A stretch of 64,000 nt of DNA from Methanoregula sp. (GTDB lineage Archaea; Halobacteriota; Methanomicrobia; Methanomicrobiales; Methanospirillaceae): NCBI GenBank assembly GCA_039698055.1, contig JBDKTL010000027.1:64001-128000 (forward strand), written 5' to 3'. Made by a program: the position numbers and the translations under genes. Positions 49,567 to 60,012 of this stretch are shown here, piece by piece; position 1 is the first letter of the stretch, and the number at the start of each line of letters is the position of its first letter. Below the pieces are notes generated by a model, which was not told where the DNA came from, did no database searches, and saw only the letters and a program-made list of their open reading frames with translations.

Positions 49567-50844
49567 ATGAGTATTGTTGCTGATGCAAAGCGTGGCATCG
49601 TTACCGATGAGATGAAGCAGGTGGCCGCCCAGGAAGGCGTCACGGAAGATTTTGTCCGGCGCAGTGTTGCCGAGGGCCATATTGTCATACCGGTTTCCCC
49701 CTATCGGAAAGTAAAAATCTGTGGTATCGGCGAAGGGCTTCGCACGAAAGTGAACGCATCGATTGGAACTTCTACAGATATTGTCGATATCCCCCAGGAG
49801 ATCGAAAAAGCCCGGCAGGCAGAACTCGCCGGTGCTGACACGTTGATGGAACTCTCAACTGGCGGCGATTTTGTCGAGATCAGGAAACAGGTTATTGCCA
49901 ATACCAGCCTCTCGGTAGGCTGTGTTCCGCTGTACCAGGCATTCATCGAAGCGGCCAAAAAAGACGGCGCGGTTGTCCATATGAAGGAAGACGACCTTTT
50001 CCGGATCACCGCAGAACAGGCAAAACTCGGAACAAACTTCATGGCAATCCACACTGGCATCAACTGGGAGACGGTGAAACGGCTGAAAAACCAGGGGCGC
50101 CACGGGGGACTTGTATCACGCGGTGGCGCATTCATGACCGCATGGATGCTCCACAATGAAAAAGAGAACCCGCTTTATTCTGAATTTGATTATTTACTGG
50201 AGATCATGAAAGAGCACGAGGTCACGCTCTCGATGGGTAACGGCATGCGGGCCGGCGCGATTCACGATGCAACTGACCGTGCTGCCGTGCAGGAACTCCT
50301 GATCAATGCCGAGCTTGCCGATAAGGCACATGAACAGAATGTGCAGGTAATCGTTGAAGGACCAGGCCATGTCCCTATCGATGAAATTGCTGCCAACGTC
50401 ACCCTGATGAAACGGGTGACCAACAACAAGCCGTTCTACATGCTGGGCCCCATCGTCACCGATATCGCACCGGGCTATGATGACCGGGTCGCCGCGATTG
50501 GCGCTGCCATTTCATCTTCCATGGGTGCGGATTTCATCTGCTATGTCACTCCCGCAGAACACCTTGCTCTCCCGACACCGGAAGAGGTCTATGAAGGTGT
50601 CATGAGCTCCCGCATTGCCGCCCATGTCGGCGATATGGTGAAACTGAAAAAGACCCGGGCCGCCGATCTCGAAATGGGGCATGCACGCCGCGATTTGGAC
50701 TGGGAACGCCAGTTCGGTGTCGCAATGAACCCGGAGCGGGCACGCAGGATTCGCAGCGAACGCATGCCGGCAGATACGGACGGGTGCACGATGTGCGGGG
50801 ATTACTGCGCATTAAAGATCGTGAGCCGGTATTTCAAATTCTGA
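49567..50844 (+). CDS. thiC: Phosphomethylpyrimidine synthase ThiC (or Bza-type paralogue)
   Basis: KVNASIGTS, SRGG, EGPGH, YVTPAEHL and C-terminal CTMCGDYC. Confidence 0.88.
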   Translation: MSIVADAKRGIVTDEMKQVAAQEGVTEDFVRRSVAEGHIVIPVSPYRKVKICGIGEGLRTKVNASIGTSTDIVDIPQEIEKARQAELAGADTLMELSTGGDFVEIRKQVIANTSLSVGCVPLYQAFIEAAKKDGAVVHMKEDDLFRITAEQAKLGTNFMAIHTGINWETVKRLKNQGRHGGLVSRGGAFMTAWMLHNEKENPLYSEFDYLLEIMKEHEVTLSMGNGMRAGAIHDATDRAAVQELLINAELADKAHEQNVQVIVEGPGHVPIDEIAANVTLMKRVTNNKPFYMLGPIVTDIAPGYDDRVAAIGAAISSSMGADFICYVTPAEHLALPTPEEVYEGVMSSRIAAHVGDMVKLKKTRAADLEMGHARRDLDWERQFGVAMNPERARRIRSERMPADTDGCTMCGDYCALKIVSRYFKF

Positions 50845-51068
50845 TTTCCATCATTTGTTTTATTTTTTCGTATACCTGATAGACAGACCGCCCTTTATTG
50901 CATGGGTTTGCTACGGATACACAGGGTCGCTTTTATAAAAACTGGCTTCTTTTACAGCACGATCTGGCAGCCAAGGTAATTTTTTTTTTAAAACGGCACC
51001 AGAGCAGGAAACCAAAACCATCAGTCGATTATGCAGTTTTTTTAATGAATAAAAAAAGGTATGTGTGT

Positions 51069-51719
51069 TTATGCAGTTCCGGCACTGTCATAGAGCATGC
51101 AGAGATAGCGTGCTTCGAAGATTACCATGAATGGCATAATGATAAACAGCAGGATTATCCCGATATACGGGATCAGCATACAGATGAATTCAACAATGCC
51201 AAGTACAATGAACATGACAATCAATGCAATAATATAATTTACCCAGCCAATCTGGCCGATGGTCGCTAAGATTGCACTGAAATTAAATGCTTCTCCCATG
51301 CTTCCTGTACGGGCAAACCTGATCATGCCAAACATCTCGACCAGTGCAATGAGGATCGCAACAATAATGAAGATCACCATGCCGATAAGGAAAGCGCCAA
51401 CCGATGCCATCGCGGCAGTGACGTTCCCAGCCATGGCGTCCAGTACAAGAGGCGTCAGGGCAATCGCCATGATAATAATCAGCGGCAGGGCGTAAATAAT
51501 TGCAATAATCGCGTACTTGATACCATCCACAAAGAGCGTACCCCAGTCCTGTACTTCAGGAGCGGGCTTTTCTCCGCGGAGAATTTTCAGCATATATCCC
51601 ATCAGGGGCAGGGCCAGAAGAATTGTTGCGATCAGCAGCAAAAACCACTTGGACCATTTTTCCCATAAGCCCTCCTTTGCATAGGCAAAGGCTTCACCTA
51701 CCATGTTTCCAACGTCCAT
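51069..51719 (-). CDS. DUF4013-like membrane protein
   Basis: GY..ILRG..PAPE..DW..LFVDG and RFARTGSMGEAFNF. Multi-TM. Confidence 0.8.
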   Translation of the reverse strand: MDVGNMVGEAFAYAKEGLWEKWSKWFLLLIATILLALPLMGYMLKILRGEKPAPEVQDWGTLFVDGIKYAIIAIIYALPLIIIMAIALTPLVLDAMAGNVTAAMASVGAFLIGMVIFIIVAILIALVEMFGMIRFARTGSMGEAFNFSAILATIGQIGWVNYIIALIVMFIVLGIVEFICMLIPYIGIILLFIIMPFMVIFEARYLCMLYDSAGTA

Positions 51720-51977
51720 AACTACACCATACTTGCATTCTGAATCATCGATGACGTTTCAGGCCACAATGATTAATTAATCTAAATAACTTCGCAGAAT
51801 AAAAATATATCGCATATATTTACCGTATTACTCTAAAAAAAGATAAAATGAAGTGCAAATGGAGATCTTCCCACTTTTTTGGTGACAATTGCCGATCCAC
51901 CTGAACCAGCGTATGCCGGTACGGAGAACATATACGATCGCACCCTGTTGGGACTTTACGGTCGAATAAAAAGAAAA

Positions 51978-53462
51978 TTAATGCCGGAAGTACCGCACAC
52001 CGGTAAAAACCATTGCCATATTCCGGGTGTTGGCTGCTTCGATTACGTCTTTATCCCGGATAGATCCGCCCGGCTGGACAAGTGCCGTGGCACCGGCATC
52101 AGCTGCAACCTCCAGCGTGTCCGGGAACGGCAGGAATGCGTCTGAAGCAACAGCCGACCCTTTCAGGGATGCACATGCTTTTTCAATTGCGATCTTTGCC
52201 GAATCAACCCGGCTCATCTGGCCCGCCCCGATGCCGAGTGTACGGTGCTGGTCTGCAAAAATGATGGTGTTGCTTTTTGTGTGTTTGCAGACTTTCCATG
52301 CAATCTGCAATGCCTTCATTTCATCGGCAGTCGGGTCTCGGTCGGTAATTACGCTCCAGTTCTCCCGGTAGGCAGGTGTCTTCTGGACAAGGATCCCGCC
52401 ATCGATTGTCCGGACCTCGTCGGAAGGGACTTTTTCGGGAAGCACCAGGACCCGCATATTCTCCTTCTTTTTCATGATGGAGAGTGCGTCACCGGAAAAC
52501 GATGGCGCAACAATTACCTCGACAAATGTCGAGTCAATCTCCTGTGCAAGTTTTGCATCGACTTCCCGGTTGAGTGAGACCACGGACCCGTACGCAGAAA
52601 CAGGATCTACTTCCCGTGCTGACAAGTAGGCTGCAAGGATATCCGGGCCGGTCGAAACACCGCAGGGATTATTGTGTTTGACAATGACCGCAGTGGGCTC
52701 GTCAAATTCCCGCAAAAGACCCGTGCCTGCATTGACATCGAGATAGTTATTGTACGACATCTGCTTTCCCTGGAGTGGTTCTGTCCCGGCGACGCCGGCA
52801 GTCCCGTACACTGCTGCCTGCTGGTGGGGATTTTCCCCATACCTGAGTGTCCGTCCGTTCACGTACTGGAACGAAAAAACCGGTGGAAATGATGCATCCA
52901 GACGATACAGGTAGTTGCTGATCGCTGCGTCATAGGCGGCGGTCCGGGCAAATGCTTTCTTTGCGAGGTGGAGTCGCTGATCTGCTGAAATCCCTGTCCC
53001 GCCGATCGCGTCGGAAATCAACGGGTAATCGGCCGGGTCAACAACGACGGCAACATCCTTGTAGTTTTTGGCAGCAGCCCGGATCATTGCCGGGCCACCG
53101 ATGTCGATGAACTCAATGAGTTTTTCAAGCGGCATTTCCTTTACCGACATCGTTTCAAATGGATAGAGATTGACCCCCAGGAGATCGATACGGTTGATCC
53201 CGTATTTTGCCATTACCGCATCGTCAATCTGCCTCCGGCCTAACAAGCCTCCATGCACTTTGGGGTGGAGCGTCTTTACCCGCCCGTCCATCATTTCAGG
53301 AAAACCGGTATAACTTGACACTTCGGTAAACGGAATCGCATGCTCCGCCAGGACTTTGCCTGTCCCGCCCGAACTCATGATACTGTATTTGTGCTGAACC
53401 AGGGACTGTGCCAGATCCACAATTCCTGTTTTATCCCAGACTGAGAGCAACGCCCACTTCAT
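51978..53462 (-). CDS. purH: Bifunctional AICAR formyltransferase/IMP cyclohydrolase
   Basis: ALLSVWDK, GRVKTLHP, IDIGG, YGENPHQ, KHNNPCG, SDAF and RYFRH. Confidence 0.96.
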   Translation of the reverse strand: MKWALLSVWDKTGIVDLAQSLVQHKYSIMSSGGTGKVLAEHAIPFTEVSSYTGFPEMMDGRVKTLHPKVHGGLLGRRQIDDAVMAKYGINRIDLLGVNLYPFETMSVKEMPLEKLIEFIDIGGPAMIRAAAKNYKDVAVVVDPADYPLISDAIGGTGISADQRLHLAKKAFARTAAYDAAISNYLYRLDASFPPVFSFQYVNGRTLRYGENPHQQAAVYGTAGVAGTEPLQGKQMSYNNYLDVNAGTGLLREFDEPTAVIVKHNNPCGVSTGPDILAAYLSAREVDPVSAYGSVVSLNREVDAKLAQEIDSTFVEVIVAPSFSGDALSIMKKKENMRVLVLPEKVPSDEVRTIDGGILVQKTPAYRENWSVITDRDPTADEMKALQIAWKVCKHTKSNTIIFADQHRTLGIGAGQMSRVDSAKIAIEKACASLKGSAVASDAFLPFPDTLEVAADAGATALVQPGGSIRDKDVIEAANTRNMAMVFTGVRYFRH

Positions 53463-53539
53463 GCTGTACTATGTGCTCAAGAAAGACAAAAAAGGTATGC
53501 AGATGTTTATTCTTACCTTGGCAACGAACAATTATCCTG

Positions 53540-53574
53540 CCGGATCACTCCTTAATGGTTAAGGAGACATCCGG
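53540..53574. promoter_or_regulatory. Palindrome between divergent purH and grpE
   Basis: CCGGAT-CA-CTCCTTAA-TGG-TTAAGGAG-AC-ATCCGG. Confidence 0.5.
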
Positions 53575-53838
53575 GATTAGCGGATCACCCCTACAAAAAG
53601 AGAATGGAACGCGGACAAAACAGTTTCATTGTCTTGGCAGGTATGCCGGATTTCCCTGCCAACTCCAGCAGGAATTGAAATTTGGGGGATGATTTTTTGC
53701 CCGTGTCTAATTTCCGCCTTAATTTAGTTTTTATTTTCAAATTATGCTTCAATGCTATGATTCAGGTCTTGCGAACTGTGCCAAAGTTTATATAGAACCA
53801 CAATGCTATAGATATTGGAACATCGATTGGGATGTACT

Positions 53839-54378
53839 ATGGAAACCAATGATTATCACGCCGAACCGGCTGAACAATCCGGCAGATCAGATGACCCGGA
53901 GTCCCGGGCATCTCCACCAATCCCCGAACCGGACGATCAGCGCCAGCGGTATGACGAACTCAATGACCGGTTCCTCAGGCTCGCTGCTGACTTTGACAAT
54001 TTCCGGAAACGTTCCGCACGGGAGCGTGAAATCTACACGCTTTTGGCCAACGAACGGTTTGCGGTGGACATTCTCGAAGTAGCTGATAACCTGGAGCGGG
54101 CCCTCAAATCTGACGAGGCACATCTTCGTGAAGGCGTCGTCCGGATTAACCAGCTGCTTGAAGACATTATGGCGCGTCATGGTGTGACACCCATAGATGC
54201 ATTAAAAAAACCATTCAATCCTGCAGAACACGAAGCAATCGTTCATGTTGCCGCCCCGGAAGATGCCGGGACGGTGATTGACGAGGTGTCACGCGGGTAC
54301 CGTATGAACGATCGAGTAATTCGCTACGCAAAAGTTGCGGTATCAAAAGGAAACAATCAACAGAAATCGGAGGAGTAA
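53839..54378 (+). CDS. grpE: Nucleotide exchange factor GrpE
   Basis: RLAADFDNFRKR, DNLERAL, FNPAEHEA and GY..RVIRYAKVAV. TATA at 53787-53794. Confidence 0.95.
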   Translation: METNDYHAEPAEQSGRSDDPESRASPPIPEPDDQRQRYDELNDRFLRLAADFDNFRKRSAREREIYTLLANERFAVDILEVADNLERALKSDEAHLREGVVRINQLLEDIMARHGVTPIDALKKPFNPAEHEAIVHVAAPEDAGTVIDEVSRGYRMNDRVIRYAKVAVSKGNNQQKSEE

Positions 54379-54381
54379 ATT

Positions 54382-56244
54382 ATGGCAAAAGAGAAAGTTT
54401 TAGGCATTGATTTGGGAACGACGTTTTCCTGTATGTCTATCATGGAAGCGGGAAAGCCCATTGTTATCCCGAACTCTGAAGGGGCACGTACAACCGCATC
54501 CATTGTCGCATTTACCAAAGAAGGCGAACGCCTTGTCGGCAGTCTTGCAAAACGCCAGGCGGTCACCAATCCCCAGAGGACGATCCAGTCCATCAAGCGG
54601 AAGATGGGGACCCAGGAAAAAATAAAAATTGACGACAAGTCATATACCCCCCAGGAAATCTCCGCGATGATTCTCCAGAAACTCAAAATCGACGCGGAAG
54701 CATATCTTGGCGAGAAGATCACAAAAGCCGTAATCACTGTGCCGGCATATTTCAACGATGCCCAGCGACAGGCAACAAAGGACGCCGGGAAAATTGCCGG
54801 GCTGGAAGTGCTGCGGATCATCAACGAACCCACGGCAAGTGCTCTCGCGTATGGTATTGACAAAGATCAGGATGCCACGGTGCTTGTCTACGATCTGGGT
54901 GGCGGAACCTTCGATGTCTCGATCCTGACGCTTGGCGATGGCGTCTTTGAAGTAAAATCAACCGCCGGGAACAACCATCTTGGTGGCGACGACTTCGACA
55001 AGCTGGTGCAGGACTACCTCATTGAAGAATTCAAGAAGAAAGAAGGTGTCGATCTCAGGAACGATCCGTTCGCTATGCAGCGCCTGCGGGACGCTTCGGA
55101 GAATGCAAAGATCGAACTCTCCCAGCGCCAGTCCACCAATGTCAATCTGCCGTATATCACCACGGGAGCGAGCGGTCCTAAATTCCTCAACATCGATCTT
55201 ACCCGGTCAAAACTCGAACAGCTCATCGGGAATCTGGTCAATTCAACCACCGGGCCGGTAAAACAGGCATTAAGCGATGCAAAACTGGAACCAAAAGATA
55301 TCCATCATGTACTGCTGGTTGGCGGTTCGACCCGTATTCCGATGGTCCAGGAACTGGTGAAAAAACTTCTTGGCAAGGAACCCGACAAGGGCATCAATCC
55401 CGACGAATGTGTTGCACTTGGCGCCGGCATCCAGGGTGCCGTGCTCACTGGTGAGACAAAGGATATCGTGCTCCTTGATGTAACGCCCCTGACCCTTGGC
55501 ATCGAAACCCTTGGCGGTATTGCAACAAAACTCATCGAGCGCAACACCACAATTCCCACGCGCAAGAGCCAGATCTTCTCGACTGCCGCTGATGGCCAGA
55601 CCAGTGTCGAGATCCATGTCGTCCAGGGAGAACGGGCACTTGCAAAAGATAATTTCACGCTGGGCAAATTCCAGCTCACCGGTATCCCCCCGGCCCCCCG
55701 GGGCATCCCGCAGATCGAAGTGACGTTTGATATCGATTCAAACGGTATCATCCACGTCTCTGCAAAAGATCTCGGATCCGGAAACCAGCAGGCAATCTCC
55801 ATCAAAGGGGACAAGAAACTCTCTGAAGACGATATCAAGAAGATGATGGATTCGGCAAAACAGTTTGAAGCCGATGACAAGGTCAAGCGCGAGGAGATTG
55901 AGACCCGCAACCAGGCTGATACTGCCGTGTTTACGGCAGAAAAGATGCTCAAGGAAAGCGGCGACAAACTGGACGCTGAAGACAAGACCAAGATTGAAGA
56001 GGGTATCGCTGCTGCCAAAAAAGCGCTGGGCGAGGAAAATATCGAAGAGATAAAAAAATCCATGGAGACCCTGACCGAGGCGGTATACGCTGCCACGACC
56101 AAGATTTACCAGAAGATCCAGGCCGAGCAGGCAGCTGCCCAGCAGCAGGCAGGCGGTGCCCAGCAAACTTCCCCGGAACCGGAACAACCGCAGGATGACA
56201 ACGTAGTCAACGCAGATTACAAGGTCAAAGACGAAGAAGAGTGA
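54382..56244 (+). CDS. dnaK: Chaperone DnaK
   Basis: [32 protein letters not shown] and NPDE. Confidence 0.98.
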   Translation: MAKEKVLGIDLGTTFSCMSIMEAGKPIVIPNSEGARTTASIVAFTKEGERLVGSLAKRQAVTNPQRTIQSIKRKMGTQEKIKIDDKSYTPQEISAMILQKLKIDAEAYLGEKITKAVITVPAYFNDAQRQATKDAGKIAGLEVLRIINEPTASALAYGIDKDQDATVLVYDLGGGTFDVSILTLGDGVFEVKSTAGNNHLGGDDFDKLVQDYLIEEFKKKEGVDLRNDPFAMQRLRDASENAKIELSQRQSTNVNLPYITTGASGPKFLNIDLTRSKLEQLIGNLVNSTTGPVKQALSDAKLEPKDIHHVLLVGGSTRIPMVQELVKKLLGKEPDKGINPDECVALGAGIQGAVLTGETKDIVLLDVTPLTLGIETLGGIATKLIERNTTIPTRKSQIFSTAADGQTSVEIHVVQGERALAKDNFTLGKFQLTGIPPAPRGIPQIEVTFDIDSNGIIHVSAKDLGSGNQQAISIKGDKKLSEDDIKKMMDSAKQFEADDKVKREEIETRNQADTAVFTAEKMLKESGDKLDAEDKTKIEEGIAAAKKALGEENIEEIKKSMETLTEAVYAATTKIYQKIQAEQAAAQQQAGGAQQTSPEPEQPQDDNVVNADYKVKDEEE

Positions 56245-57365
56245 CCCAGATGGGTTCGGGAAACTACTACGACATCCTCGGTATACCCCATAATGCCGAG
56301 GATAGCGAGATCAAAAAGGCATACCGCAACCTTGCACGAAAATATCACCCGGATGTCTGCAAGGACAGCGGAGCGGAGGAAAAATTCAAGGAGATAAACG
56401 AGGCGTACAGTGTGCTCTCGGATGAGCAGAAGCGTGCCCAGTACGACAATATGGGTCACGACACGTTCACGAATGCCTCAAAAGGCTCCTATACCGGAGG
56501 CGGTGGAGGATTCTCCTCCGATTTCTCCGGTTTTGGAGACATCTTTGATTTCTTTGGCGGGGGCCAGCGGAGATCCGGTCCTATGCCTGGCGCAGATCTT
56601 CTCATGCGGATCCAGGTTTCCCTTGAAGATGCGGTGTCCGGCACTGACCGGGATATTGAGCTGATGCATTCAGAACAATGTCCTGCCTGCAACGGGTCGG
56701 GCAGCGAGACAAAGAAACTCAATGTCTGTCCCCGCTGCGGGGGGAGCGGCCAGATGCGCCAGACTTCCCAGTCGGTCTTTGGCCAGTTTGTCCGTATGAG
56801 TACCTGTACCCAGTGCGGAGGAAGGGGCAAGATCCCGGAAAAACCGTGCCGGGAGTGCAAAGGATCCGGCCATACGCGGGTAAAACGTAAAATCAGCGTG
56901 CATATCCCGGCCGGTGTCGACAGCGGTATGCGGCTTCGGATGGAAAAGTACGGCGAGTCCGGAGATTACGGCGCACCCAATGGCGACCTGTTCATCGAGA
57001 TATTTGTCCAGTCCCATCCCCGGTTCCAGCGGATTGGCGACAATCTCGAAACATCCCTTGAGATCAGCCCGGCACAGGCAGTGATCGGCACAACGGTTGA
57101 AATTGAGACAATCGACAAACGGGTTCTCGACCTGAAAGTGCCCGCGGGCGTCCAGTACAATACTGCACTGAGAATTTCCGGAGAAGGAGTAAAACGGCGC
57201 GGGAAACCCGGCGATCTTCTTATCCGGGTAAAAATTGTGATCCCGAAAAATATCAGCAACGAAGAGAAGGAACTCTACGTGAAACTTGCAGAACTCGAAC
57301 ATACAAGCGGACAAAAATCAGGATTTTTCTCGGGCATCATGGGAAAGAAGAAAGGAAAAAAGTAA
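56241..57365 (+). CDS. dnaJ: Chaperone DnaJ
   Basis: J domain with HPD, G/F region and four CxxCxGxG repeats. Start is GTG 56241 or ATG 56250. Confidence 0.97.
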   Translation: MTQMGSGNYYDILGIPHNAEDSEIKKAYRNLARKYHPDVCKDSGAEEKFKEINEAYSVLSDEQKRAQYDNMGHDTFTNASKGSYTGGGGGFSSDFSGFGDIFDFFGGGQRRSGPMPGADLLMRIQVSLEDAVSGTDRDIELMHSEQCPACNGSGSETKKLNVCPRCGGSGQMRQTSQSVFGQFVRMSTCTQCGGRGKIPEKPCRECKGSGHTRVKRKISVHIPAGVDSGMRLRMEKYGESGDYGAPNGDLFIEIFVQSHPRFQRIGDNLETSLEISPAQAVIGTTVEIETIDKRVLDLKVPAGVQYNTALRISGEGVKRRGKPGDLLIRVKIVIPKNISNEEKELYVKLAELEHTSGQKSGFFSGIMGKKKGKK

Positions 57366-57685
57366 CCCTTTTTAATTCTTTTTTTATGAGGAGATCCCGT
57401 AATATAAAATTCATTACAGCCATGGGGTGCCTCACATTCTGGTGCAATAAAAAAATCATTTTAATTGATTGCAGTTGTTTTTTTTAAATAAATCAGGTTT
57501 CCGTTCAATTCACCCCCCTAAAAAGAGCGGTGAGCCATTTTTCATGAGGATTTTTTCATAAAAAAAATTTATTCCCATCGATGATTTGTTGAAGACCCCC
57601 CTTCGCCAAAAAAAAAGAAAACAACACCGGGCCAAATTATCTTTCCAGCACACCTATTTGTGTCCTTATCGCCAATATTGATAAA

Positions 57686-58657
57686 ATGAAACTGCTCTTT
57701 GAGCTGTCCGGGGAAAATCCAACACTCCCGTTTGCCGAGATTGAATGTGTGGGCCGCATCCTTGATCGGCGGTTGCAGGTTGCACTTGCAGAATGCCCGG
57801 ATCCCAACGCCGCACAACGCCTGGCAATGACGCATGGCGTGCTTGAGTACCTGGGCGAATGCAGCCCGGATATCGCCTCCTTTTCCTGTCTCTTAAAAGA
57901 ACTGGCAATAAAAACCGCCAATCCTTTTGCCGGCAGGGCAAAAAAGGTGCACGGGGGATGTCATGAATGCAATCCCTGTTCCCAGGCAGCGTTCGAGCGG
58001 CTGATTGGAACGATGATCGACGGGCCGATTTCGTTAAACAACCCGGTGGATGAATACCGTGCCATACTCTCGGAAGACAAGTGCTATTTTGGCAAAGTGC
58101 TGTTCCGGATCCAACGCGGCGGGTACGATGAACGGAACCCGGGGAAACGGGAATTTTTTCATCCCGGTGTGATGATGCCGCGAATGGCGCGGACGCTGGT
58201 GAACCTTTCATTGGGGGAGACAGAAACGATCCTGCTCGACCCGTTCTGTGGTACCGGGGGTATTCTCATTGAAGCTGGATTGCTTGGCATGGAAACGCTG
58301 GGAAGCGATTTTGATCCGCTGATGATCCGTGGGAGCCGGGAGAATGTGCCGGCAAGTGCACTGATGTTATCTGATGCCACACGGCTGCCGGTTCGCGATC
58401 GGTCCGTTGATGCTGTCGTGACGGATTTCCCCTATGGCCAGTCGGTCTGCATCAAAAAAGAGGATACGATGGACCGGCTTTATGCCGATTCCCTCTCTGA
58501 GATCAACCGGGTGCTGAAAAATCACCACCGCGCTGTCGTTGTCACGCACAAGGATATTTCCTCTATTGCCGCCGGGTATATGACCATTCTTCAGCATCAC
58601 GATCAGCGGGTGCATAAAAGTCTCACCCGGCGGGTGCTTGTTCTTGAGAAGCGATGA
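57686..58657 (+). CDS. THUMP-domain tRNA m2G10 methyltransferase (Trm11/TrmG10-like)
   Basis: FELSGE, FFHPG, LDPFCGTGG, TDFPYG and RVHKSLTR. Confidence 0.88.
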   Translation: MKLLFELSGENPTLPFAEIECVGRILDRRLQVALAECPDPNAAQRLAMTHGVLEYLGECSPDIASFSCLLKELAIKTANPFAGRAKKVHGGCHECNPCSQAAFERLIGTMIDGPISLNNPVDEYRAILSEDKCYFGKVLFRIQRGGYDERNPGKREFFHPGVMMPRMARTLVNLSLGETETILLDPFCGTGGILIEAGLLGMETLGSDFDPLMIRGSRENVPASALMLSDATRLPVRDRSVDAVVTDFPYGQSVCIKKEDTMDRLYADSLSEINRVLKNHHRAVVVTHKDISSIAAGYMTILQHHDQRVHKSLTRRVLVLEKR

Positions 58658-58992
58658 ATGTTTTCTCCAATATTTAATTTTTTTTAGATTTATCCTCCTC
58701 CTGCCGGGGTCGCGTATGGAGATTTATCGATCTCTTGCAGGACACGACGTTTTCTCCTATCCCTGCAAAATAAATAATTTTCATCAGTTAAAATAAACAG
58801 TTATTCCACAACCGCCGCGGATGTGCCCGGTCGGCGAACCGTGGGCGTGCTCGTAACCGGGGAATAGGGGCAGTTTATCCCGCAATGAAATTGAAGTGCA
58901 ATCGGTTTACCTGCAAAAATTCCCGTAAAAACAAAAAAAGCAGTTTTTGGAATTCTTTATGACCTTATCCTGCTCTATATTATCCAGGTACT

Positions 58993-59637
58993 ATGAGGTC
59001 TCCAACCTGCCTGTTTTTACTGCCAATCCTTCTCCTGTTCATGGTTCTGCTCCCCCCGGCTGCTGCATATTCCGGTGACGCAACGACGTTGTATGACCAG
59101 GGTGTTGCTCTTATCTCATCGAAGAATTACACTGAAGCAGTAACGGCATTTAATCAGGCCATTGCACTTGAGCCGGGATATTTTGAAGCATGGAATGAAA
59201 AAGCCGACGCACTCAACCGGGCAAAACGCTATGACGAAGCGCTTGTGGCATCCGATCAGGCACTTGCCCTGAATCAGAATGATGTCAAAAACTGGATCAA
59301 CCATGGGTATATCCTGTACAACCTTGGAAGATACGATGAAGAACTCAAGGCCTACGAACAGGCAATAAAAGTCGATCCGTCCAGTGCCGATGCATGGTTC
59401 AACAAGGGATATGCACTTGGAGGAATGGGAAAATGGGACGAAGCACTTACCGCATTTGCCACGGTAGAATCACTGGACCCGTCTTATCCCAACCTTAAGG
59501 CAAACCAGAAGATTGCCCAGCAAAACCTCGATGCGAGCACGCCATTTTACATAAAAAATGCCCCGATGATTGGCGGTATTGCCCTTGTTATTATCCTCGT
59601 TATCGCGTGGCTCTATGCAGTCCGCAAGAAATACTAA
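58993..59637 (+). CDS. Exported TPR protein with C-terminal membrane anchor
   Basis: Signal peptide, about 4 TPR repeats, C-terminal TM segment and RKK. Confidence 0.85.
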   Translation: MRSPTCLFLLPILLLFMVLLPPAAAYSGDATTLYDQGVALISSKNYTEAVTAFNQAIALEPGYFEAWNEKADALNRAKRYDEALVASDQALALNQNDVKNWINHGYILYNLGRYDEELKAYEQAIKVDPSSADAWFNKGYALGGMGKWDEALTAFATVESLDPSYPNLKANQKIAQQNLDASTPFYIKNAPMIGGIALVIILVIAWLYAVRKKY

Positions 59638-59838
59638 ACGGGAATTAAAACCGGTAATTCTTTTTTATCAATCGAAAAGTTGCCAATAATTTGATTTATT
59701 TAAGATTTGTCCCACCCATGGGAGTCGTTGGGGAGATTCATCGACTCCTAACCGGTCAGGAAGGTTTTATGATTTTTAACAAAACCGGTACAATATAAAA
59801 TCTCTTTCATAACATGCAATCCCCCTCGTGCTCCACCG

Positions 59839-59854
59839 GTCCCCCACGGGGGAC
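59839..59854. repeat. GC-rich palindrome in the intergenic region between convergent TPR genes
   Basis: GTCCCCC-AC-GGGGGAC. Confidence 0.55.
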
Positions 59855-60012
59855 GGGGCGCAGTGCGATGATACTCATCGGAAATACTAAACTATCACAA
59901 TCAGGGAATGCCACAGCGGTGGGGTTATCAAACACAGGATCGGGGAGTGTCAGTCTCCCAATTATACGAACCGGACAAACCCGGTCAATTCACCCGGTAT
60001 AGCAGATCTGCG

